A stretch of 22,097 nucleotides of DNA from Chthoniobacteraceae bacterium. Its GTDB lineage: Bacteria; Verrucomicrobiota; Verrucomicrobiia; Chthoniobacterales; Chthoniobacteraceae. This document shows, one piece after another, positions 1 to 8,352 of the stretch. Below the pieces are notes generated by a model, which did not search any database, was not told the DNA's origin, and saw nothing but the letters and a program-made list of their open reading frames with translations. The translations under genes were made by a program, and so were the position numbers. Position 1 is the stretch's first letter. Each line of letters opens with the position of its first letter. The DNA is taken from assembly GCA_031409335.1 (NCBI GenBank), contig JANNWY010000019.1:1-22097 (forward strand), written 5' to 3'.

Positions 1-138
1 TCGAGGAGCATCTGCAGGTTCACAATGCCGATCCCAAACCCATCCTTTGGACGGCCGCTGCCGCAGACATACTCGAAAAGGTTAAGCGGGGTCGCCGCAA
101 ACTCGATAAAGTGCAATCTGCTTGACGGACTACACTAG
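1..138 (+). mobile_element. Right end of an IS630-family insertion sequence
   Basis: The transposase stop is followed by CGGACTACACTAG (ends 138). ...CACTAG containing the TA target (136-137) is a characteristic IS630 terminus. Confidence 0.75.
3..125 (+). CDS. C-terminal end of an IS630-family transposase (5' part outside the window)
   Basis: Not in the ORF track. Frame from nt 3 reads EEHLQVHNADPKPILWTAAAADILEKVKRGRRKLDKVQSA* (TGA 123-125), matching the typical IS630 C-terminal HN..PKP..WT...IL.K..R motif. Confidence 0.85.
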   Translation, partial: EEHLQVHNADPKPILWTAAAADILEKVKRGRRKLDKVQSA

Positions 139-144
139 CGATCA

Positions 145-330
145 CCTGCTGATGCGCAGGATACGGCTCTGCTGGAGAGCACCCGGAGCGGCGTGTCAGC
201 CCAGCGGTTGAGCCTCGCTCAACGGCCCCGCGTCGCACGCCAGTGCGGCGTGGGGCTCCTCGTTTGGCGTGGGCCTCAACCCTGGCCCAAAGCGAAAAAC
301 TCCGGGGGGTTTGGGGGGCAGCACCCCCCA
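145..330 (+). ncRNA. Putative structured RNA (multi-stem, pseudoknot) in the transposase leader
   Basis: Stems 145-149/156-160, 165-175/201-214, 225-238/243-256 (14 bp, two G-U pairs), 270-275/284-289, 312-318/324-330. Long-range perfect pairing CCCGGAG 182-188 / CTCCGGG 300-306. Confidence 0.45.
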
Positions 331-374
331 AGTGGCGTGCGCAAAGCTCAAGGCTCGTCCAGGGGACGCGCCCT

Positions 375-1570
375 ATGCCCGAAAAAAACAACGTCAACTC
401 ACCCATCGTCATGCCCCGGACTTTGTCCGCCATCTGCTCGAACTCCACCGCTCCGCGACGCTCGATACTTCCCAGGCCCGCGAGCAGCTCGGCCTGAGCA
501 AAAGCCAGTTCCATCGCCTGCGCACCTCCTATCTCCTGGCCTGTGGCACCGGGGTGCAGGATCGCTGGCAGCCTCAGAGCAGCGGCGGCGCACGCCACCC
601 GCACTGGCCCGTGCCGGCCACAGATCTCGCACGCAAACTCCTCACCGCCGACCCGCCCGCTTCCTACAGTCTCACAGCCAGCGAACTCCAGCGCCGTCTG
701 CAGTTCGAGACCGATCGCTCCAGCGTGCGCCGCTGGGCTCGGGCCAACGGCTGCGAACTGCCCGCGCGCCCCCTGGTCCGGCGGGCCAGCGTCCGCCGCT
801 GGCAGCGCCAGAGCATCGGCGAGCTGTGGCAGATGGACGCCACGCCCCATGCCTTCGTCCCAGGCTGCGACACCAAGTGGCATCTCATCGCCATCATCGA
901 TGACTGCTCGCGCGTCGTGACCGGCGCGCGGCTCTATGAGCGCGAAGTGCTGCCGAGCTACTACCACATCCTGCCCCGCGCTTTCCTCCAATATGGGCTG
1001 CCGCTCGCCCTGTATGTGGACTACCACAGCTTCTTCCACACGCACACGCCCGATGCCCTAACCGAGCTTGGAAAGGCCCTGCACTTCTACGGAGTGAGCC
1101 TGCAGTATGCCTCCACACCCCAGGCCAAAGGCAAGGTGGAGCGCCTGCACCACTACTGGCAAAACCGCCTGCCAGCGCTCTTTGCTGCCGAAGCCATCAC
1201 CCGGATCGAGCCTGCCAACGCGCTGCTGGAGGAACTGCGCGAGCACCACAACAGCAGCGAAAACCACCGCGAACTGGACATGACACCGCAGCAAGCCTGG
1301 CAGCGAGCCAAGCGAGCCAAACGCAGTGTCCTGCGTCCGTGCAAACCTGATCCGTGGTGGCATTACGTGTGGAGCAGCCGCAGCAATATCCGTGTGGGCG
1401 ACGACGGGCGGGGGCCCATCGGCAGCCAGCGACTGCGCGTGAGTGCCGCCCCCCGCACGAGGCTCGTCCACTGCCTGCACACCAACGGCTCAGTCAGTAT
1501 CCTGACAAATAGACACTGCAAAACGGAGCGCCCGAAAATCCTGCTGCACGTCGGCCAGAAGCTCGACTGA
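375..1570 (+). CDS. DDE (rve integrase-core) transposase, IS481/IS1202 (ISNCY)-like; likely start ATG 375 needing a -1 shift at the A7 run (track start: GTG 269)
   Basis: N-terminal HTH-like segment (QAREQLGLSKSQFHRLR). Catalytic motifs WQMDAT, IIDDCSR, LYVDYHS, TPQAKGKVER. AGGGG SD-like site at 361-365. Confidence 0.85.
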
Positions 1571-1575
1571 CAACT

Positions 1576-1625
1576 CGTCCCGCTTTGAGTGCTACAAACC
1601 GTCCCGTTTTGAGTGCTACACGACA
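1576..1625. repeat. Right terminus of the IS481/IS1202-like element: two 21-bp direct repeats ending in ...ACA
   Basis: CGTCCCGCTTTGAGTGCTACA (1576-1596) and CGTCCCGTTTTGAGTGCTACA (1600-1620), 1 mismatch, then CGACA (1621-1625). TGT...ACA ends with repeated transposase-binding sites are typical of this group. Confidence 0.8.
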
Positions 1626-1823
1626 TTCCAGCCTTTCAGGCTTTCCGCGTCAACGGGGTCAGCTTTAGGATCGAAAATTTTCCTCATGGTGTAAACGTTG
1701 CATGGCGGATACGGAATGGTACAAGTCACCGGAACGGCAGCCGATTCCACCGCTAAGGTTTGCCTGCGCGCTGAGTTTATCGGAAACCACTCCGGCTCAC
1801 TCGCGCCGCTACTCACCTCTTCC

Positions 1824-4800
1824 ATGAATCTCCGACAACTCATCCTCTCCACGACCGCGCTCACGCTCCTTCCCGCGCTCCATGCGGCTCCGCCGGAAAA
1901 GCTCGGATTGAAGAAAGGCGATCACGTTTCCATCATCGGCAATGAACTGGCGGATCGGATGCAGCACACGGGCTGGCTGGAGACTTTGATCGCGAAGAAG
2001 TTTGCCTCCGAGCAGATTGCGTTTCGCAACCTTTCCTCGGCCGCGGATGAAATTTCGACGTGGCATCGGTCGGAGCAGTTTGGCACGCGGAATGAGTGGC
2101 TGAAGTGGACGCAGGCGGATGTGGTTTTTGCGTTTTACGGATTTAATGAGTCGTTCAAGGGCGAGGCCGGGCTGGATAAATTCAAGGGCGATCTCGACAA
2201 GTTTTTGAAGGAGATGGCGAAGCAAAATTTCGGCGGCAAGGGTGCGCCGCGGGTGGTGCTTTTTTCACCGATCGCGAATGAAAAACACCGGAACCCGAAC
2301 TTCCCCGATCCGGCGGCGAACAACGCCAATCTACAGCTCTACACGGCGGCGATGGCCGAAGTGGCGAAGGGGAATGATACGCAATTCATTGATCTCTTTA
2401 CGCCGTCGCAGGATGTATTCAAAGAGGCTGCCGCGAAGGGACAGTCGCTGACGTTGAACGGGCTGCATTTGACCGAGGCTGGGGAAAAGGCGCTGGCACC
2501 GCTGGCGTTTCGCGCGCTGTTTGGCGAAAGCGCGCCGGAGGGCGATCTGGAAAAGCTGCGCGGGGCGGTGCTGGACAAGAGCTGGCAGTGGCATCAGCGC
2601 TACCGAACGATCGACGGCTACAATGTGTATGGCGGACGTTCCCGCGAAAAGTATGCGCCGAAGACGAAGGACGGCAAAACCGGCGAGCCGATTTTCAACA
2701 ACGTCGTGATGCAGCGCGAAATGCAGATGCGCGATGTGATGACGGCAAATCGCGATCAGCGCGTGTGGGCCGTGGCGAATGGCGGCGATCTCGTGGTGAA
2801 GGATGACAATCTGCCGCCGCGAATTCCAGTGGGGACAAACAAGCCGGGCGACAAGGACGACCTTGCGCACACGTATCCCGACGGGCAGGAGGCGATCGCG
2901 AAAATGAAGGTGAACGCGAACTGCAAAGTGAATCTCTTCGCGGATGAGAAGATGTTCCCCGAGCTGGTGAACCCGGTGCAGATGGCCTGGGACACGAAGG
3001 GCCGGCTGTGGGTGGCGGCGTGGAAGCACTATCCCGAGCGCGAACCGACTTCGAAGGATGGCGACAAGCTGCTCATTTTCGAAGACACGAATGGCGACGG
3101 GAAGGCGGACAAATGCACGACTTTCATGGACGACCTGAATGCGCCGACGGGTTTCTCTTTCTACAAAGATGGCGTGCTGGTGATGCAGGCTCCCGACCTC
3201 TGGTATGTGCCGATCGGGAAGGACGGGAAGGCGGGCGTGAAAGAGCGCTTGCTGATGGGGATGTGCAGCGCGGATTCGCATCACACGACGAATGCGCTGA
3301 ACCCAGATCCGGCGGGTGCGATTTATCCGAGCGACGGCGTGTTTCATCGCACGCAGGTCGAGACGGCAAATGGGCCGATCCGGCACTCGGATGCGATCGC
3401 GTGGCGCTTTGAGCCGCGCACGATGAAGATGGAAAAATACGCGCCTTACGGACTCGTGAATCCGCACGGCAAAGTGTGGGACCGCTGGGGCGATGACATC
3501 CTGACGAACGCGACGAGCAACGGGAACTATTTCGGGCCGGCGATCAGCGGGCATCTCGACAACGGGGATCATCCCGGCATCAAAGATTTCTGGAGCCGTC
3601 CGTCGCGTCCGTGTCCCGGGACCTGGATGCTTTCGAGTCGGCATTTCCCGGATGATTGGCAGGGGAATTTCCTGAACTGCAATGTCATCAGCGATCAGTG
3701 CATTTACCGCGTGAAGGTTTCGCAGGATGGATCGGGTTTGAAGGGGGAGACGATCGAGAAGCTCGTGTGGGCCGACCCTGCCGAGCTGCCGACCTTCCGC
3801 CCGATCTGCACAAACATCGGCCCGGATGGCGCGCTGTATTTCTGCGACTGGAGCCAGACGATCATCGGCCACTTGCAGCATCATCTCCGTGATCCGAATC
3901 GCGATCACGAGCACGGTCGCATTTATCGCATCACCTACAGCGGACGCCCGCTGCTGACGCCGCCAAAGATTGATGGCCAGCCGATCGCGGCGTTGCTCGA
4001 TGTTTTGAAAGCGCATGAAGACGACACGCGCACGCTCGCGAAGACCGAACTCGGCAAACACGACAGTGCCAAAGTCACCGCTGCGGCGAAGGCATGGGCC
4101 GCGTCGCTGGACAAGAACGACAAGGACTACGAGCACCATCGTCTCGAAGCGCTGTGGGTCCACCAGTGGCACAACGTCGTCGATACCGATCTGCTGAATC
4201 AGGTGCTCGCCTCGCCCGAGCCGCGCGCCCGTGCCGCTGCGGTGAAGGTGCTCTGCTACCAGCGCGACCGCGTGCCCGATGCGCTCGCCCTTTTGAAAAA
4301 GGCCGCTGAAGACGCGGACCCGCGCGTGCGACTGCACGCCGTCCGCGCCGCGAGTTTCTTTCGCGATTGGGCAGCCGCGGATGTGGCGCTTACTTCGTTG
4401 AAGCATCAGTCCGATTACTATCTCGACTACACATTGAAAGAGACGATGCGGCAGCTCGAGCCGTGGTGGAAAAATGCGATTTCGGCAGGCAAGCCCCTCG
4501 CGGCGGAAAATCCCGCGGGGATCGAATACATCCTCGGCACAGTGAGCACCGCCGACCTCGCAAAGATGCCGAAATCGCCCATCGTTTTCACGGCGGTGCT
4601 CACGCGCTCCGACGTCGCGCAGCCGCAACGTCTCGAAGCGCTCGGCGAACTCGCGAAAGCGAAAAACTCCACGCCAGTCGCCGCGCTGCTCGGCGTGCTC
4701 GAACCGCTCGCCGCGAAAGGCGGAAAACCCGCGGAAGACCTTTGCCGCATCGCGTTGCTCCAGCCGGCACCGGATCTCAAGCCTTCGCGTGAGGCGCTGA

Positions 4801-6281
4801 AAAGACTCGCGTCAGCCAGCAATGCCGAGTTTGTGCGCCACAGTGCCCGCGCTGCCCTGATTCTGGCCGATGGTTCGATCGACGGCCAGTGGAGCGACGC
4901 GATCAAAACTCCGGCTGCGCTAACCGATTTTCTCAATGCGCTTCCACTCGTCGCCGACTCCGCGTTGCGTTCGACCGCGTATGAAAAAGTGAAGCCGCTG
5001 CTCAGCGCGCTGCCGCCTGCGATGGCGGCCGCACTTCAAAACTCGAAGACCGCCAGCGGCAGATTCGTCCGCATCGAACTCCCGCGAAAAGGCACGCTCA
5101 CGCTCGCGGAGGTGCAGGTCTTTGTGGATGGTCGCAACATCGCGGGCTCGGGCACGGCGAAGCAGTCGAGCACATCGCACGGCGGCGACGCGCAACGCGC
5201 CGTGGACGGAAACACCGACGGCAGTTACGCGTCCGGCACCGAGACGCACACGAAGGAAAACGAAGATCGTCCGTGGTGGGAACTCGATCTCAAAACACCG
5301 CAACCGATCTCGGCCGTCGCCGTGTGGAATCGCAGCGAAAACGACGGTGGATACGTGAGCCGGCTCGAAGGCTTCGACCTGACGGTGCTGGATGCCGACC
5401 GGCATGAACTTTTCAAAAAAGCGGGCAACGCCGCACCGAAGGAATCGGTCCGGATCGAGTTGCAAAACGATGCCGCGGGCGCGGTTCGCCGCGCTGCCGT
5501 CCGCGCGGTGACGGGACTCGGCAAAGAGCCGCAGGCCGTGTTCACCGCGCTCGTCGATCTCATCAAAATGGGAGATCAGACGGCGACCGCCGCGCAATCC
5601 ATCATGCAGTTGCCGCGCTCCGCGTGGGCGAAGGAACAGGCCGCTCCCGCGGTGGATGCTCTCGTCGCGTGGGCCGGGAAGGTGCCCGCCAGCGGACGCA
5701 CCGCGCAGGAATACATCGCGACCGTGCAGGCTGCCAACGAGCTCGCTGCCTTGCTCCCGCCAGCCAGCGCGGCAAGCGCGCGCAAGGCTCTGAAGGAATT
5801 GCGCGTGAATGTCTTCGTCGTCAAAACGGTGCTCGAGCAGATGCGCTACGACACGCCGCGCCTCGTCGTCGAGGCCGGCAAGCCATTCGAGATCATCCTC
5901 GAAAACATGGACGCCATGGGGCACAACCTCGTCATCGTGAAACCCGGCACGAAAGAAAAAGTAGGCACCGCATCCAGCACGATGACGCCCGATAAACTCG
6001 ACGGCCAGGGCCGCGCTTTCCTGCCAAAAATGCCGGAAATCCTCGCCGCCACGAAAGTCGTCGAGCCCGGGCAAAAAGAGACGCTGAAATTCACCGCACC
6101 ATCCGAGGAAGGCGAATACGAATACGTCTGCACCTTGCCGGGCCACTTTGCGATCATGAATGGGAAGCTCATCGTCGCGAAAGATGTGGATGCCTATCTC
6201 CAGGCGCACCCGGTTGCAGACGCAGCGCCTGCTGGCGGATCGGTCGATCATTCAAAGCATCAACACGCCGCCGGGAAATAG
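1824..6281 (+). CDS. Large secreted PVC-type putative dehydrogenase: SGNH-like domain, beta-propeller, HEAT repeats, F-type lectin/discoidin domain, C-terminal azurin/plastocyanin-like cupredoxin
   Basis: Signal peptide from ATG 1824 (MNLRQLILSTTALTLLPALHA). SGNH blocks GNELADR/YGFNES/NGLH. Propeller motifs NPVQMAWDTKGRLWV, EDTNGDGKAD, GPDGALYFCDW, RDHEHGRIYRI. HEAT repeats (EPRARAAAV, DPRVRLHAVRA). RAVDGN..HT..PWWELDL. Type-1 Cu ligands GHN...CTLPGHFAIM. Confidence 0.88.
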   Translation: MNLRQLILSTTALTLLPALHAAPPEKLGLKKGDHVSIIGNELADRMQHTGWLETLIAKKFASEQIAFRNLSSAADEISTWHRSEQFGTRNEWLKWTQADVVFAFYGFNESFKGEAGLDKFKGDLDKFLKEMAKQNFGGKGAPRVVLFSPIANEKHRNPNFPDPAANNANLQLYTAAMAEVAKGNDTQFIDLFTPSQDVFKEAAAKGQSLTLNGLHLTEAGEKALAPLAFRALFGESAPEGDLEKLRGAVLDKSWQWHQRYRTIDGYNVYGGRSREKYAPKTKDGKTGEPIFNNVVMQREMQMRDVMTANRDQRVWAVANGGDLVVKDDNLPPRIPVGTNKPGDKDDLAHTYPDGQEAIAKMKVNANCKVNLFADEKMFPELVNPVQMAWDTKGRLWVAAWKHYPEREPTSKDGDKLLIFEDTNGDGKADKCTTFMDDLNAPTGFSFYKDGVLVMQAPDLWYVPIGKDGKAGVKERLLMGMCSADSHHTTNALNPDPAGAIYPSDGVFHRTQVETANGPIRHSDAIAWRFEPRTMKMEKYAPYGLVNPHGKVWDRWGDDILTNATSNGNYFGPAISGHLDNGDHPGIKDFWSRPSRPCPGTWMLSSRHFPDDWQGNFLNCNVISDQCIYRVKVSQDGSGLKGETIEKLVWADPAELPTFRPICTNIGPDGALYFCDWSQTIIGHLQHHLRDPNRDHEHGRIYRITYSGRPLLTPPKIDGQPIAALLDVLKAHEDDTRTLAKTELGKHDSAKVTAAAKAWAASLDKNDKDYEHHRLEALWVHQWHNVVDTDLLNQVLASPEPRARAAAVKVLCYQRDRVPDALALLKKAAEDADPRVRLHAVRAASFFRDWAAADVALTSLKHQSDYYLDYTLKETMRQLEPWWKNAISAGKPLAAENPAGIEYILGTVSTADLAKMPKSPIVFTAVLTRSDVAQPQRLEALGELAKAKNSTPVAALLGVLEPLAAKGGKPAEDLCRIALLQPAPDLKPSREALKRLASASNAEFVRHSARAALILADGSIDGQWSDAIKTPAALTDFLNALPLVADSALRSTAYEKVKPLLSALPPAMAAALQNSKTASGRFVRIELPRKGTLTLAEVQVFVDGRNIAGSGTAKQSSTSHGGDAQRAVDGNTDGSYASGTETHTKENEDRPWWELDLKTPQPISAVAVWNRSENDGGYVSRLEGFDLTVLDADRHELFKKAGNAAPKESVRIELQNDAAGAVRRAAVRAVTGLGKEPQAVFTALVDLIKMGDQTATAAQSIMQLPRSAWAKEQAAPAVDALVAWAGKVPASGRTAQEYIATVQAANELAALLPPASAASARKALKELRVNVFVVKTVLEQMRYDTPRLVVEAGKPFEIILENMDAMGHNLVIVKPGTKEKVGTASSTMTPDKLDGQGRAFLPKMPEILAATKVVEPGQKETLKFTAPSEEGEYEYVCTLPGHFAIMNGKLIVAKDVDAYLQAHPVADAAPAGGSVDHSKHQHAAGK

Positions 6282-6342
6282 GCTGGTCTGCGCCAGCACT
6301 TTTTGCTTCCTGCCCGGTCGGATTCCCTTATCCTCTGGCGAC

Positions 6343-7290
6343 ATGAAACACCCCATCCTCGTCGCGCCCATCCTTGCAGCTATCAGCTTTGCCAGCCAGT
6401 CGTTTGGCGGGCAGGCCATGTCGGATGGCAAGTCCGCCGGCAAGAAAATCATCCAGGAACCGATCGCGCCCGAGCCGGCGTGGGTGATGAATTTTCGGAC
6501 GAGCTACACCTTCGAGAGCGACTTCTCGCGTGGCCGCCAGCGTAACGCGAGCGGCGATTCCTTATACAATGGCATCTATGTTGGCCACCGCTTCCCACTC
6601 GCCGGGCTTCCGCCATTGTCGAATGACGGCGCGTGGTATCTCCGCGTCGGTGCTTCCTATGGAAGATGGGATTTTGGAAACTCCGGCGGGCTGCCAATTC
6701 CGAATCATCTGCAAAATGCCAACGCCGATATCGCGCTGGAATTTCTCGTGAAGGGAAGGACTGGATTCCTTTTGCAAACCGAGCCCGGCGTCTTTTTCGA
6801 GGACGACATTCGCGGCAACAATTTCGATGCACCAACCAAGCTCGCGCTCGCTTACCCGGTTTCGGATAACTTCGTAATCGTCGGCGGCGTTTCCTACGCA
6901 GGCCTCCGCAGCACCCAGTTCCTGCCAATCCTCGGCTTCATTTGGACCATCAATGACACATGGAGAATCCACGCGCTGCCCCCGCAGCCGCGCGTCATTT
7001 ACACCGCATCGGACAAGCTCGAATTGTGGGCCGGAGGCGAGATCGCTGGCGGTTCCTACCGCGTCGATGAACGCCAGACGCGGGAAAAGAAATCGCTCAA
7101 CAACGCCGTGCTCGACTACTCCGAATGGCGGGCGGGCGCGGGCTTCACCTACATGGTCAGCGGTTGCAAGATCGAACTCGGCGGCGGATACGCTTTTCAG
7201 CGGAAGTTCGACTACCACCGCGCCGAGGAAGGTTTCGAGACAGACGAAGGCGCCCCCTATTTGAAGTTCCAAGTCAGCGGCGCATTCTAG
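6343..7290 (+). CDS. Outer-membrane beta-barrel protein (DUF6268-like)
   Basis: Signal peptide from ATG 6343 followed by the Verrucomicrobia-type DGKS.GK segment. Alternating aromatic beta-strands, FLPILGFIW...ALPPQPRV motif, C-terminal Phe (VSGAF). Confidence 0.75.
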   Translation: MKHPILVAPILAAISFASQSFGGQAMSDGKSAGKKIIQEPIAPEPAWVMNFRTSYTFESDFSRGRQRNASGDSLYNGIYVGHRFPLAGLPPLSNDGAWYLRVGASYGRWDFGNSGGLPIPNHLQNANADIALEFLVKGRTGFLLQTEPGVFFEDDIRGNNFDAPTKLALAYPVSDNFVIVGGVSYAGLRSTQFLPILGFIWTINDTWRIHALPPQPRVIYTASDKLELWAGGEIAGGSYRVDERQTREKKSLNNAVLDYSEWRAGAGFTYMVSGCKIELGGGYAFQRKFDYHRAEEGFETDEGAPYLKFQVSGAF

Positions 7291-7437
7291 GAATTTCGCC
7301 CGCCGCTTCGCGGCACGAATTCACTGCGGCTTGTTTAGCCGCACGCGCAGGAATCCACCGGGCAAACGTTTCAGACGGCTCCGGCTTCGCCATTCCCAGA
7401 TGCTGGGCGATCTCGCGCGCCAGTCCGAGGTCACTAA

Positions 7438-8352
7438 GAAGTCGCGCAATAATAAACGGGTCAACTTGCGAAATCGGGGCACAGTGGCAGGATGCGAGCT
7501 GTGGACAGCGCAAGCGTTAAGACCAAGTATCAAAAGCTGGCACCGTTTCTCGACGAAAGGGCGCGGCGGGCTGGAGGGGAAAAACCACCCGGACCGCGCT
7601 GCGCAGTTTCGCCACATTAACGAAAAAATCGCGCGCTTTCACCAGATGGGAGCGCCCGCAGTATCCGTCGATACGAAGAAGAAAGAACTCATCGGAGTGT
7701 ATAAAAACGCGGGCCGTGAATATCATAAAAAAGGCGCGCCCCAGGAGGTGCAAGCGCATGATTTTCCAGACCCCAAGCTCGGCAAAGCGATTCCGTATGG
7801 CGTCTATGATGTGGGGGCAAACCAAGGCTGGGTGAGCGTTGGCGTCGATCACGACACCGCGGAATTTGCCACCGAGACGCTCCGGCGCTGCTGGGTGATG
7901 ATGGGCCGGAGGCGCTATCCCGACGCGAAAGAACTGCTCATCATGGCCGACGGCGGAGGCAGTAACAGCAGCCGCAGCCGGCTATGGAAAGTGTGCCTGC
8001 AAAAGCTGGCCACCGCCATCGGCTTGAAACTCACCGTGTGCCATTTTCCACCCGCGACGAGTAAATGGAACAAAATCGAACATCGGATGTTTTCTCACAT
8101 CACCCAAAACTGGCGGGGCAAGCCACTCATCAACCACGAAGTGGTGGTGCAACTCATCGGCGCGACCACGACCGGCAAGGGGCTCACAATCCAAGCCGAA
8201 CTGGATCCACAGCACTACCCGCTCAAGAAAAAAGTGACTCAACGTGAGTTGGAAGAAATTCAACTTTCGCGAGACGCGTTTCATGGCGAATGGAACTATT
8301 CCATCGACACAATCCTGCAGCAAAGCTGAACAGTTTATTGTTGCGCGACTCC
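7438..8352 (+). mobile_element. ISAzo13-family insertion sequence, internally deleted (915 bp)
   Basis: 20-bp terminal inverted repeats GAAGTCGCGCAATAATAAAC (7438-7457) and GTTTATTGTTGCGCGACTCC (8333-8352), 18/20 match. Flanked by a 3-bp TAA duplication (7435-7437, 8353-8355). Confidence 0.9.
7492..8329 (+). pseudogene. ISAzo13-family (Rhodopirellula-type DDE) transposase, broken by an internal deletion and frameshift
   Basis: N-terminus MRAVDSASVKTKYQKLAPFLDERARR (from 7492; this frame stops at TAA 7618-7620) joins out of frame at ~7570 to LEGKNHPDR..QF..SVDTKKKELIG..HDF..PYGVYD..DHDTAEFA..ADGGGSN..SKWNKIEHRMF..NWRGKPL. Confidence 0.88.

Noticed and set aside
20..1045. 341-aa minus-strand ORF and the 193-903 plus-strand ORF
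   Set aside because: Shadow frames of the transposase and its structured leader; no recognisable motifs.
1576..1620. Two 21-bp direct repeats as a mini-CRISPR
   Set aside because: Only a 3-bp spacer, two units and no cas genes; the position fits IS-end transposase-binding sites.
1626..1700. dif/XerCD site next to the IS end (some IS1202-group elements target these)
   Set aside because: No XerC/XerD-like 11-6-11 motif is recognisable.
1698..1823. N-terminal extension of the dehydrogenase from TTG 1698 (likewise the 6160, 17239 and 18730 starts)
   Set aside because: Clear signal peptides begin at ATG 1824, 6343, 17311 and 18961. The extensions cross intergenic DNA, repeat DNA or the upstream gene.
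2331..4628. 765-aa antisense ORF (also 4920-6251)
   Set aside because: Antisense to a well-supported gene; expected in high-GC DNA.
7291..7434. Short ORFs and the hairpin TGCGGCT/AGCCGCA (7325-7343) between convergent genes
   Set aside because: No recognisable protein; the 7-bp stem lacks a U-tract, so it is too weak to call a terminator.
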